Shown: one piece after another, positions 1 to 11,631 of the stretch
How the letters are laid out: every line of letters begins with the position of its first letter
Position numbering within the stretch: position 1 is the first letter of the stretch
From: Macrostomum lignano
Lineage: Eukaryota
DNA: 64,000 nt
Reading direction: 5' to 3'
NCBI GenBank assembly: GCA_002269645.1
Contig: NIVC01000827.1
Location: 339,929-403,928 of the forward strand
Program-made: the position numbers and the translations under genes
Notes under the pieces: model-generated
Databases searched by the model: none
What the model saw: the letters and a program-made list of their open reading frames with translations, nothing else
Told to the model about the DNA's origin: nothing

Positions 1-385
1 TAATCAGACTGTAGTTAAGCTGCGCTTCAAGCTATAATCAGGCTGTAGTTAAGCTGCGCTTTAGGCTGTAATCAGACTGTAGTTAAGCTGCGCTTCAGGC
101 TATAATCAGACTGTAGTTAAGCTGCGCTTCAGGCTATAATCAGACTGTAGTTAAGCTGCGCTTTAGGCTGTAATCAGACTGTAGTTAGCTGCGCTTCAGG
201 CTATAATCAGACTGTAGTTAAGCTGCGCTTCAGGCTATAATCAGGCTGTAGTTAAGCTGCGCTTCAAGCTATAATCAGGCTGTAGTTAAGCTGCGCTTTA
301 GGCTGTAATCAGACTGTAGTTAAGCTGCGCTTCAGGCTATAATCAGACTGTAGTTAAGCTGCGCTTCAGGCTATAACTAGGCTAA
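1..385. repeat. 34-bp tandem minisatellite (TAATCAGACTGTAGTTAAGCTGCGCTTCAGGCTA), probably intronic
   Basis: About 11 near-identical copies read directly; lies upstream of a TTGCAG acceptor at 481-486. Confidence 0.95.
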
Positions 386-486
386 ACTCCGGCTATACTT
401 GAGATATTAAGAATACCTGGCTTCATGACCTATAAGTAGATTATATCTACTTTTAATCCAATCCAAATCTTTCGTCTGATTTGCAG

Positions 487-798
487 GGTCACGAGCATTG
501 TCGCTGTCGTTGGTTGACGCAAAATCAGACCTCATTGGTTTATCCGCTTACAACTCCTGAGACAGCTGTGCTCAATTCGTCGAATTCGCAGAAATCCAGC
601 ACCGCCTCTAGTAGTAGCGCTGCTGCCGGCTACGAGCCGCTGTTTCACGGTCCCGTATTGCCCGTATTGTCGGCCATGTGCGCTATGCTGCTCCTGCTAG
701 TTGCTTACAGTCTGCGTCGATGCCTCACCCTAAGAGTTCGTAGGATGCAGCAGCGAGCAGATATTGAAGCTGCAATTGGCGGCGATCTGGGCGATTAA
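487..798 (+). CDS. Terminal exon of an unidentified single-pass membrane protein (gene starts left of the window)
   Basis: Acceptor ...ctgatttgcag|GGT at 486/487; open frame GHEHCRCRW..., Ser-rich stalk, hydrophobic segment PVLPVLSAMCAMLLLLVAYSL followed by basic RRCLTLRVRR; stop 796-798; AATAAA at 885-890. Confidence 0.6.
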   Translation, partial: GHEHCRCRWLTQNQTSLVYPLTTPETAVLNSSNSQKSSTASSSSAAAGYEPLFHGPVLPVLSAMCAMLLLLVAYSLRRCLTLRVRRMQQRADIEAAIGGDLGD

Positions 799-1048
799 TT
801 CAACGCTTGGGTTGCGTCATCATTAAACTAAATATCAATGCATTCGCTGATATTTTACCTTTCAAACCGATAATGAGAATTAACAAATAAAAGAAAATTC
901 TCAAATTTTTAGTCACTTGCCATTGAACTCTTCAAGTCCTTAACCTGTATCTGTCTGTGTTTGTCCTATTCGATGTACTTTTTTTGGCGGCAGTAACTTT
1001 GCAGATTTTTCCGTAAATATGGATGATTATTTCTCGTAGCCCTGCCGT

Positions 1049-1562
1049 ATCTCTGGGTCTCATCGCTCCCTATCTGCCCCTGTTAACCTCTGCCCCAATG
1101 TACACACGTAACAAACCCCCTATCTGTTCCTGCTATCCTCTGTCCCAATGTACACACTCCCTATCTGTTCCTGTTGACATCTGCCCCAATGTACACACCC
1201 CCTATCTGTTCCTGCTATCCTCTGCCCCAATGTACACACTCCCTATCTGTCCCCGTTAACCTCTGCCCCAATGTGCACACTATCTGTTCCTGCTGTCCTC
1301 TGCCCTAATGTACACACTCCCTATCTGCCCCTGCTATCTCTGCCCCAATGTACACACTCCCTATCTGCCCCTGTTAACCCCCGCCCCAATGTACACACTC
1401 CCTATCTGCCCCTGCTATCCTCTGCCCCAATGTACACACTCCCTATCTGCCCCTGCTATCCTCTGCCCCAATGTACACACTCCCTATCTGCCCCTGTTAA
1501 CCCCGCCCCAATGTACACACTCCCTATCTGCCCCTGTTAACCTCTGTCCCAATATACACACT
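1049..1562. repeat. ~40-bp C-rich minisatellite (CCTCTGCCCCAATGTACACACTCCCTATCTGCCCCTGTTA)
   Basis: Tandem copies read directly. Confidence 0.93.
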
Positions 1563-2199
1563 CCATCGTATTTTATTGGTTGATAATTTCCGTCTATCAT
1601 TTTTGTTTTGATCAGGAATAAGTTTTTTATGAATAAATATACTCATAATATTCGCTTTTTAGTAGCAATTTCACGTCGTCGCTTGCGGATATAAGTATGC
1701 AGTTTCTAATCGTATAGTAGTGTATTTTTGTAAGGCCTCCTATTTTTTTGTTTCCTTTGTTTTTTGGTTTCCGGATTCGAACCCATGTGCACACTTAACT
1801 ATTTTGTTCAATATACATATTACAATAGTTTTCTGAATGAATTTTTCAAACTTTACTTTTTAGTCTAGTTACCTGAAATGTTTATTAGAGGATCTGTGTA
1901 TTTTATAGAGATGCAAACATCATGGTTTGAATTTCAAGATTTAAGGTAAAAAAATAACATTTTCTTGTTGGCAAATTCTGTTTAAGGCAATCTTCAAGCA
2001 GCCGCTTAAATAACCAGTGGAGTAAGTACTGGAGTAAGTACAGTAAAGAATAATTTGTGTTGCAATCTAAATTACAGTTTAAATTAAAACGCTGCTTGCT
2101 CGATTAACCACAAAGATAATGTGCGTACACACTCATAGGTCCGTTTGTTTTCGTTTTAGTCTTCTTTTCCATTGTTTACCACTCCACACCCCTCCTTAC

Positions 2200-3115
2200 C
2201 CCCTGCTCCCCCAGTTAATGTACACTCTTCAATGGCCAACCCCCTGCTCCCTCAGTTAATTTACACTCTTCTATGGCCAACCCCCTGCTCCCCCAGTTAA
2301 TGTACACTCTTCTATGGCCAACCCCCTGCTCCCCCAGTTAATGTACACTCTTCTATGGCCAACCCCCTGCTGCCCCAGTTAATGTACACTCTTCTGTGGC
2401 CAACCCCCTGCTCCCCCAGTTAATGTACACTCTTCTATGGCCAACCCCTGCTCCCCCAGTTAATGTACACTCTTCTATGGCCAACCCCCTGCTGCCCCAG
2501 TTAATGTACACTCTTCTGTGGCCAACCCCCTGCTCCCCAGTTAATGTACACTCTTCTGTGGCCAACCCCCTGCTCCCCCAGTTAATGTACAGTCTTCTAT
2601 GGCCAACCCCTGCTCCCCCAGTTAATGTACACTCTTCTATGGCCAACCCCCTGCTGCCCCAGTTAATGTACACTCTTCTGTGGCCAACCCCTGCTCCCCC
2701 AGTTAATGTACACTCTTCTATGGCCAACCCCCTGCTCCCCCAGTTAATGTACACTCTTCTGTGGCCAACCCCCTGCTCCCCCAGTTAATGTACATTCTTC
2801 TATGGCCAACCCCCTGCTCCCCAGTTAATGTACACTCTTCTGTGGCCAACCCCCTGCTCCCCAGTTAATGTACACTCTTCTATGGCCAACCCCCTGCTCC
2901 CCAGTTAATGTACACTCTTCTGTGGCCAACCCCTGCTCCCCCAGTTAATGTATATTCTTCTATGGCCAACCCCCTGCTCCCCTAGTTAATGTATATTCTT
3001 CTGTGACCAACCCCCTGCTCCCCTAGTTAATGTACATTCTTCTGTGACCAACCCCCTGCTCCAATAGTTAATGTACATTCTTCTGTGACCAACCCCCTGC
3101 TCCCCAGTTAATGTC
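2200..3115. repeat. 41-bp minisatellite (CCCCCTGCTCCCCCAGTTAATGTACACTCTTCTATGGCCAA)
   Basis: About 22 tandem copies with 41-nt periodicity. Confidence 0.95.
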
Positions 3116-3597
3116 ACGATCTTCTCTCACCAACCCCAAGTATTGCTATCAGTACGTTGTGCATTGACTCCAAAAAATGTAAAACCTTTCTCACAATTAA
3201 GAAATGATACTATGAGAAGATTTTGGCGATGGCAAGACAGGGACATTTATTTGGCTGTGCTGTCACACTATCTGCTGCTACAACTTGCTTTAAGAAGCAT
3301 GAACCATTGATATATAAATTATCCAATACGAGTAAGTGCTTAATTTTAGAAAATATTTAGTTATCAGGATTAATTAAAATTTACATTTTCTAATAAAGCT
3401 CAGCAAAGAACAAAATCTAGAAAATCGAAAGTCTTAAACGGGTTAAAAAATATACTTCAAGTTTGTGTACACAGTTATTAGTACAAGCATATGCTATGAA
3501 GAAATACACTGTTCATGCACGCCACTTAAACGACTCTATTTCTGGTGTGTGAAGCATTTTTGTGAAAAACGAAATTTGACGTTTCGTTTGTGGGAGT

Positions 3598-3825
3598 GTT
3601 TACCGGGTGCACTCTTGCACAGGTGACTGGTGGCGGCCGCGCCTCTGGTGTACCTCTAAACAACTCGGGGGGCCCCCTCTCTACTAGATAAAGGGATCTT
3701 AATCACAACGTCAGCTACCGCACCATCCAGAGGCAGACAAAGTCTAGGGGACGAGGCCTGGTGGCTGTACCTTTCAGCACCAAAGCCCAGGGGTTGCACA
3801 GGCGTTTTCATGCAGCCCGGGTTTA
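3598..3825. repeat. ~230-bp dispersed repeat, copy 1 (copy 2 at ~11423-11631)
   Basis: Shared blocks TTTACCGGGTGCAC, GCACAGGTGACTGGTGGCGGCC, GGGATCTTA, CAACGTCAGCTACCGCACCATCCAGAGG, GGCCTGGTGGCTG and CATGCAGCCCGGGTT occur in the same order in both copies. Confidence 0.85.
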
Positions 3826-3860
3826 CATGTACGTCACTATCTCATCCCTCGGTGACCCGA

Positions 3861-5570
3861 TTAAGAAGAGCCTGAATCAAGAGAATCAGATAGTCTATTT
3901 TCAGGACGCGTCATGACCTTCATTTCCTCAGCTTCATCTTCAGATTCTCCGGCTGCATTTGAGCGTCTTGCTTTGGATTTTCGCTGGAGCAAGATTAGCG
4001 TTAGCACACAGTGATGAAAGATTTCGATCAGCTCGAACAAGGTGAGCACACTGCAGCCAATGTACAGGCCCAGCAGGCCGCCCGTGTCAGCCAGGAAATT
4101 CGTGAACGTGTAGGCCCAGGTGAGCATGATCTGAGACGACTTGATGGATGCTACGCATATCTTGACATTGAGCGTGGACTCAGCCACGTAGGTGCGAAAG
4201 ACGCCTTCCAGGTGAGCGGAGTGACTGCCGCTATCGACCTGCTTTGCAGTGTCAATCAGCTGGTGAAGCGCAGGCGCCAATTCCTTGCTAACTTGGGTGA
4301 AACCGGTCAAGTATTCGTGATTTTCGAAATCTGCAAAGAATTTCGCGGTTGAGCTGCCGAGCCCGGGCCACTTGCTGAATATAGAAGCTGGCGCTGTGCT
4401 CCGGACCGTAGACCGTACGGTATTCTCGCAGACCGTAGCTTCCAGTGAGGAACGTTTCATAGCCAGCTTTAGTCATTTCTGAGGCGTTCTCACATCGGGG
4501 AGCGTCCCGGTATCGCCATGGCAACGGGTGCGGCATATTGGCGTGGCAGCTGCGAGCCTGTCAATCAAAATTCTGTTAATTTGTTCGTGAGTCAGGCGGC
4601 AGTGCTGTAGTTGAATTCTTCTCGCCTTCGAGTCAGTGGTTTGGCGAAGACCACTGGCGATCGGTCGCTACGGCAGTGCGTGTTGTAAAGGTCCTCACTG
4701 CAGGAGTTCTCCAGCATGCTCAGCTTCACTATATACTCGTTGCCAGGTGCCATGAGGAAATTATTCTCGTATCTTAGCGACGGATAAGCACCTGGAGGGA
4801 CGATTAGCATGGAGAAGCCGGAAGCTTTTAACTGGTTAATTATCTTAACTGGGTGCCAATCCAGGAAGGAATAAGATTTATTCTGCTCGTCAGAAATCGG
4901 CCGCATAGAGTAGCCAGAAAAGTTAAAATCCGGGAAATACGGGTCCGTCATTAGATGGATCTCAAGTACGTCACTGCAGTTGACCAACATCTGTTTGTGC
5001 TCGTCACTCAGAATCGGCTGAAAGCATATCACGTTCTTGGGCTGTCGACTGTCTTCATTTCAACGTTTTTACCGCGAGTGCCTTGGCCAACTGTGGCTCC
5101 CAGAATCGCTTGCTGCTTTTTCACCAGAAGATACCTTTTCAGCAGGTGATGAGGAAATGCCAACTGCACACCGTATGTCAAGAGAAATGCCCGCACAGGT
5201 GCGAATTTGGGTTTTGATTTGTAGCCAAAAAGCCTATCAACAACATCGATAAGCCGCTGCACTTCAGCATCTAGCAGGTCGGCCTCTGATTTTGTCAGCG
5301 TGAACGGGAAGCTGCCAGAGAAGGGGCTGCTCGGGCAGAAGTACAGGTCCGGAAACACAAACGGTACCTGATCCAAGTGGTACTCTTTCGTCAGCTTGTT
5401 CTGTCTGAGTTTGAGCACCAGAACTAATGCCGCTGTTGAAAAACATGCCCATGCAGATGACGAACAGCAGAATCCACATCACGCGGACTGTTTTGCAGCG
5501 GGTGGCAGCCGCTCGGCTGAATGCCGTGCGCTGTACTGGAGGTGATGGCCTCCACTAGAACACCCGCCAT
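3861..5570 (-). pseudogene. DEG/ENaC (ASIC-like) amiloride-sensitive sodium channel with intronless CDS interrupted by ~6 single-base frameshifts (pseudogene or assembly errors)
   Basis: ATG at 5570: MAGVLVEAITSSTAHG (pre-TM1 HG motif); TM1 RVMWILLFVICMGMF; FPDLYFCP (FPxxTxC-like); Cys-rich thumb fragments; post-thumb ...FSKWP; TM2 FLADTGGLLGLYIGCSVLTLFELIE with the GxS filter; stop at 3861. Total span is 570 codons, typical of the family. Confidence 0.88.
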
Positions 5571-5631
5571 TGATAGCCTTTGACTAAGACTACCGCCTGC
5601 GTGAGATTGAACATATATTAACTGATACTAT

Positions 5632-5920
<289 letters not shown>

Positions 5921-6246
5921 CAAACTATCTGCAGATAAACTTACTACTTTGCCGCTGAAGAGAGCTGCTCTTTCTTGCAAACGCTAAAATGACAACTGAA
6001 TTTCAAACAGAAGCAAGGGTCGAGCTATTATATACGTCTACAGCGGGGCTGTCTCGCGGGGGTAGGTGCTAGTCTCAACGTTTTTAAAGAGTCGAAGAAG
6101 CAGTCAGGCTTATCCTAATTTGTATTGTGCTTTTGTCAAACCAACTATACGACCACGAGATAGCTGCCCCAGACATGGAAAGCTACAGATAGCATACGCT
6201 CGTACTGGAACCTCTGCATTGCTTTTGTAGTGAGCCGCTAGTTTAA

Positions 6247-7250
6247 TGTTAGGCGTCACCATTGTCAGCAGTTTCCCCCGCCCGCGCCCTCCCCCTGGGT
6301 TGCTGTCTGCCGCTGGTCAGCTTCCCGCCTCCCCTTGTCCGTCTGTTTGCCGCCCTCTCCCCTTTTGCTGCTCGTTTTCTGTGCTCCGGTTCTCAGCCCT
6401 CAGCTTCTCTGCTGTGGGCTGTCCTTGCTTCGCTCCCGTCCCCTTTTCCCTTGTCATGTGAGCAAGTCACATGACAAGCCTTGTTTTCTTGGAGTCATAA
6501 AGTGCGGTAAACATGTTTACTGCACTCACTGGTCCTGTTTACGGGTGAATCACGTGCCTCAGGGGTCTTGCCTTCTCTAAGGTAAAGGGTGACTTATGTT
6601 TCTAAAAATAGATACTGAGTCATGAGGCACTTTGCCCGCGGACCCTGCCTTCTGTAAGGCAGAGGGTGACGTCAGTTCTAAAAATAGATACTGAGTTACA
6701 GCCTGGCGCACTCTACCCGGAGACCTCAAGTGACGTCAGTTCTAAAAATAGAACAAGTCACGAGGTCTGGTGAGCGCGGCTATAAATAGGACCCCTCTCC
6801 CCTTGTTTCCGTCAAGGATCCTTGTCAGAGTGTTTGTTGGCGCTGTTCGCTGTTAACCGTTTCCGAGTTCTGAGTCTGAGTTTGAACGTCCGTTCTCTGT
6901 CTGAATACATTGAGTTCCCTACTGACTGACACTCTACTAAAGCCAACCCCGAGCCTACGAGAGGCTATCACAGCCCTACCATCCGCCAACCAAGCCCAGC
7001 AGGTGCTGCTGACGAGACACCCTGTACGTTGAGCTGCAAATTTGCACGTTGTGCTGAGTTCGTTGAGTTTGTTATTTCGTTCCGACGGGAAGCTCACCTC
7101 ATCGAAGCCTGAGACCTGAAGGAACTAGTGGCAGCACTACCTACGCTACTGAGAGTTAAGAAGGCTTCCGAGTGAGAAGACGGCGAGCCCAAAACACTGT
7201 GCTGGACAGCAGGAGAAGCACAGGTATAACACTGGTGGCAGCGGTGGGAT
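6247..7250 (+). mobile_element. 5' LTR (6247-7231, TGTTA...TAACA) with tRNA-Leu primer-binding site (7233-7250)
   Basis: Terminal inverted TGTTA/TAACA; TATAAATA at 6781; TGGTGGCAGCGGTGGGAT 1 nt after the LTR is complementary to the 3' end of tRNA-Leu (...ATCCCACCGCTGCCACCA). No matching 3' LTR found in the window. Confidence 0.85.
6590..6790 (+). promoter_or_regulatory. LTR U3 enhancer: three tandem CRE/MEF2-like modules, AP-1 site and TATA box
   Basis: CTAAAAATAG at 6602, 6678 and 6742; TGACGTCA at 6667 and 6731; TGAGTCA at 6616; TATAAATA at 6781. Confidence 0.65.
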
Positions 7251-8790
7251 TCAAAGACCTACCAGGTCACCCCGAGACAACCCTAAGTACTTCAATTTCT
7301 TAAAAGTACTAACGTTCTTGGACAGTAGAACTACCGAGAGGGGAAGCAGGTAGAATTCCCCACCCCTCCGCTTTCCAGTTGTACGGGCAGAAAAATGGCT
7401 TGTTATTTTTATTCCTACTGTTAATCAAATTGTTTGGCAGAAGTTTCGGGACAGGTTTGAAAAAAAAACAAAGGAGCCAAGTCTGTAGCGATCGGACTTT
7501 ATTTTTTTGTAGCGCTAATATAGAGTACTGAGGGAATTGCTAATTAAACTGCGCTTGACTGCTTTGCCACCTCACAGAAGCACGAACGTGCAAAATGGGG
7601 TAGTGTAATATATGGTGTACAATTACGTAAATAATTGAGGCGTGAAACGCGGTGGTTCGTTTGCTTTAATTTTCTTTGATTGTTTTCCGTGTGGAAAAGA
7701 ATAGAGAGACTTAAGTAACTGCGTGTTAGGGTGCTGTATATTTATATACGTGTTGATAGAACATTCCGGAATCCGAAAAGTTCGAGAAGCGGTTTTTAGA
7801 AAGGGGTGCGCGGGAGTTCAAAATACCAAAATATAGAAAGTGCGTGTTTACGCGGAAGTTTCTAGAATATAAGTAATTGTATACTTACTGTACGCCATCT
7901 TATACCGTATACGCGCGTTGTTTAGTTGAAGAAGCATGTTATAGAATATTATAGAAAATAGAAATACGCTACAATACTTATAATATAGTGAATACACTAC
8001 AATGGTCTAAAACAATAGAGATTGTCTCTTTTTAAATAGAGATTGCGTCTTTTAGATGAGGACTACACTGTTGTTGTCGAAGGAGAGAAACGTTGTTGTG
8101 CTTTGGAATCATGGCCAGTCTCCTAACTCACGAATTCCTGGTGCTTATATTTTTTGGAGTCAATTCTTTCTTCTCTTTCATATCTAAGTTATATCAATAA
8201 TTGGATTGCTCGGGAGAATGCAAAAATACGGAACTTTCAAAGTAGCTAGTTCATGTACGAGCGTACGTCGAAATATTGTAGGACTTTACCCATGCAACAT
8301 TTCGATGCGCACCACATTTCGGACTGCTGTACAGGATAGGGACACCAAAAATGAACTTAAATACCTCAGGGATGCCTTATATTGTTAAGCCATACGACCA
8401 TTGCTACTTTTAAGTAGGCATGGCAAGATAATTTTGTTGAGTGGACTAGCTTATCACTCAATTTTTTGCCAATTGGGTTACTCTAACTCATAGGAAAGCA
8501 TTTCGTATGTCTGTAACCCGATTTCAAGGACTGCGAAGTAAAATCACTTTAGTGCTTGTAATGGCATAGGCTTGAATTCATTAAGAGTGTTTGGTATATC
8601 CCTAGAACATTGGGAATATCAACGGAAGTCCGCTGCAGATTTAGGGCCTCTTAACCATAGACAATCATCGACGGTAGTTTCACGTAATTCCGAGATCGCC
8701 GGAATACCAAGGACCAATACAAGAATATAACAGCTACGCTTGGTAGGAAACCTACTGAAGCTTAAGTAAAGAGATAAAGTACAAAGCAGC

Positions 8791-9378
8791 ATGGCCGCAA
8801 CAGGGAGGCGACCGACGGCATCTGAGATTCTCGGCTCAAATTTCTCTGGCCTCACCAAACCGACGCTGCAAGTTTCGGCTCCGGAGTGCCCCGGTGGCTG
8901 GGAGCGTCTCGGCGAACTGTCCATCGTTGTAGAGTCGCCCCCGTTGCGAGTGGGACCGCCCGGTCACGAGTCCTTTGTCAGGCTGGCCGATGTCGAGGAC
9001 GACCCCAACCAGGAGCTGATCAGCTGCGAGGAGGAGTACAGCCAGGAGCGACGGGCCAACCTTAGGAGCAGGGAGGCCGCCGCCGCTGGCGTTGCCGAAG
9101 CCGACGCTCCGGGTGCCGAGACAACTGTCGCAGACGATGATGTCACAACCATTGATCCGAATGAAGCCTTACTTGACGAACTAGTAAAAGAAGTCGACTT
9201 GCAGCGTCTGATTACTAAATGCTTGCGCACTTCGGTTCGGCACACCAAGACAGCGGATCGGACAGTGCGCCTGTCCAGCCTGAAGGCGCTGCGCGGACAG
9301 CACGCCGGCTTGACTGTCGCCGCCAGCAGCAACCTGGAGTCGGACGATGAAGACGAGGACGACCTACCGGATGATTGA
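8791..9378 (+). CDS. Acidic 195-aa ORF of unknown function, downstream of the LTR/PBS
   Basis: ATG in good context (agcATGG); GC-rich coding-like composition against an AT-rich leader; acidic tail DDEDEDDLPDD; no gag zinc knuckle, protease or RT motif recognised. Confidence 0.5.
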   Translation: MAATGRRPTASEILGSNFSGLTKPTLQVSAPECPGGWERLGELSIVVESPPLRVGPPGHESFVRLADVEDDPNQELISCEEEYSQERRANLRSREAAAAGVAEADAPGAETTVADDDVTTIDPNEALLDELVKEVDLQRLITKCLRTSVRHTKTADRTVRLSSLKALRGQHAGLTVAASSNLESDDEDEDDLPDD

Positions 9379-9589
9379 CCGTGGGACCCATGCTGCAGAC
9401 TACTGACTGACCGACTAACTTTGACAATAGATAAATCCTCTTCCTCTCTCCTTAATTTTCGTTTTCGGAACAGACGGCTAGAGATGGGCTGTTGTTAATA
9501 CATCGGGACCAAAATAATTTCCCTTACGCATTGTAATCCTTGTAAACCAAAGTACCTAGACTTGGTTTTTTAAGATTTTGCCAAGATGC

Positions 9590-10140
9590 GGCTTGCCAGC
9601 TAGATCGAGGCACCGACGGTGCAACAGGTTGTTTGGACGGATCTGACTAGCGCGGCGATACAGGTGCCACGTTGCTGCCCCGATTCTCGCTCGTCGCCAG
9701 GCCAGCGTGCGTGCACCGCTTGTCAACTTGCTGTTCGAGCAAGTCTGTCAGTGCTCTGGGCTTGCGCTGTAAAACAGGACGGTCTCAATCACTTTCTGGA
9801 ACAACGCCGCCCTCTGGAGGTCAGGTAGGACCTCGGACTGTAAGAGCGCCCTCACAGAACGATAAGCAGCCCAGCGGAAAACCCATGGCGATACTGCAGA
9901 TCCTGGCGGACGCCGGGAACCAGACAGCCCGAGGTTCCGGAAGTTCCGTTGCATGTCCGTCAGCGCAATCGCAGCCTCGATGTCGACTGGCTCGCAGAGC
10001 ACGATGGTCTTCTACATGTTGACCATCAGACCGACACTCGCCGTAAGAACATACGGCTTTGGCCGGCGGTGCAGGCGCTTTCGTTCCTGTTCAAGCCCTG
10101 AGACGCCCCTAAAACAAAGACCTGACAGTGTACACTGTAT
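9590..10140 (-). mobile_element. Degenerate RTE-clade LINE reverse transcriptase, C-terminal fragment
   Basis: Minus-strand RNFRNLG...WAAYRSVRALLQSEVLPDLQRAALFQKVIETVLFYSA resembles RTE FxYLG...KxRLFxAxVxSVLLYG; LLHRRCLDLAG resembles RRLxLAGH. Confidence 0.7.
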
Positions 10141-10160
10141 TTTCTTGCTGATCTTGAACA

Positions 10161-10320
10161 GGGTTGTAGCCTAGTGGTTAGAGCGTCGAACTCGCAATTG
10201 AAAGGACTCTGACTCGGAACAATTTGTGTCCTTGAACAAGACACTTCACTCTGCATTGGCTTCAGTTCACCCAGCTGTAAGATGTGTGCCAGCCAGCATT
10301 AGCTGGGATAATTGAGGGTG
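10161..10320 (+). mobile_element. tRNA-derived SINE with CORE-like central block
   Basis: A-box TAGCCTAGTGG and a tRNA-like head with decayed B box, then TGTGTCCTTGAACAAGACACTT...TCACCCAGCTGTAA, resembling SINE2 core sequences. Confidence 0.7.
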
Positions 10321-11422
10321 TGTGTGGCGACGCTCCGGTCCTTGGACTGAACAGCCGTACGCAGCCTTCAGATGCACCGCGTAATAGCTGCCGACGGCGC
10401 AGTTAGGTCGCCTGAACAGGTCAGAGCGCCGTGATGGAATGCCGCGGAGTCCTGTGTCAATGCAGCTTTATTTTGCGACGTGTAAATGTGCAAAAACTTT
10501 ACGTGGCATAAATACGCAGGTTGAGAAGCCATAACAGACTTTGGTAGCGAGATGTTGAAAAATGCGACGAAAGTCTACAAAGTCCCGGCATTGATTTTTT
10601 GAAGAGGCTTCAGCCTACCTGTGCCTCATATCATGACCCTATCATGAATATGAATATAATAATGATGACCCATCATAACCCATCATGAATACAATGACCC
10701 TCTATCTCACCAAGCTTTTTCCTGCCTGTTACGTAGTCCCTCCTCATAAATATTTGTTCTCCGTTGCGCCCCACCCCGATTTCTTGCCCAATCGCAGCGC
10801 TGCTGGCGGGTGACGTCATCGGGGTTGCTTGGTAACAGAGGACAAGGACAGGCCATGGTAACCGAGCGTTTAAGGACAAGCTTAGGGCCAGTAATTCAGG
10901 GAATTAAAGCTATTCAACTCGTTTGCTTCTGTCTGTTTACTTATTTACCGAGTCGTGATTTGAAATGTGAGTAGTACATGTAACTGCGCCGGTCGCAGGG
11001 CATGGAATAGAAGCTGAGGATCAGAGTGGAAGATCACCGAGTATGAGCCGAATTTTACCAAATAATCATAGCAGTAACACTGCTTCTAAATAAGTCCCCG
11101 TAGAATGTGCACCACGAGAGAGCTCTGTGACCTGTACTTCCTCATCCCCTGCTGCATCGAACCCATCTGGGAGGAGACATTAAGATGGCGTTACCTATTA
11201 TCCACCCTAGGGATCCTGAGGCTTACGCGGATATTTTAGTATAGAATTATCGCTCACCAGCTAGAAGATCCCCCATGCAAAAGTGACCCTCGTTTCCAGC
11301 ACTGACTAGACTGTCCCTTGTATGCCTCACATAGAGTCCCTCAATCGGCCATCTCTAGCACAGTTGGGTCAAGAACCTTCGTCTGTTATACAGACCGGGA
11401 GTCCCCATCTCGCTTAGTGGGA

Positions 11423-11631
11423 TTTTTACCGGGTGCACTTCTGCACAGGTGACTGGTGGCGGCCAGACGAAGAACCGGGCCTGCGCTGTATGGATAATGG
11501 GATCTTAGCCTCAACGTCAGCTACCGCACCATCCAGAGGTGAACAAATTCTGGGGGACGTGGCCTGGTGGCTGAGCCTTGACAGCGCCAGAACGCAGGGG
11601 TTGTCACAGGTTTTTCCATGCAGCCCGGGTT
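11423..11631. repeat. ~230-bp dispersed repeat, copy 2 (possibly the 5' end of the adjacent minus-strand RTE)
   Basis: Block-by-block similarity to 3598-3825. Confidence 0.8.

Noticed and set aside
3598-3825. HDV-like or hammerhead ribozyme call
   Set aside because: The candidate P3/L3 (AGG-CCTCGTCC-CCT) is not preserved in copy 2, and no CUGANGA...GAAA core was found; left as an untested possibility.
10161-10235. Possible tRNA gene
   Set aside because: B box and T-arm decayed, and the sequence continues into a SINE core.
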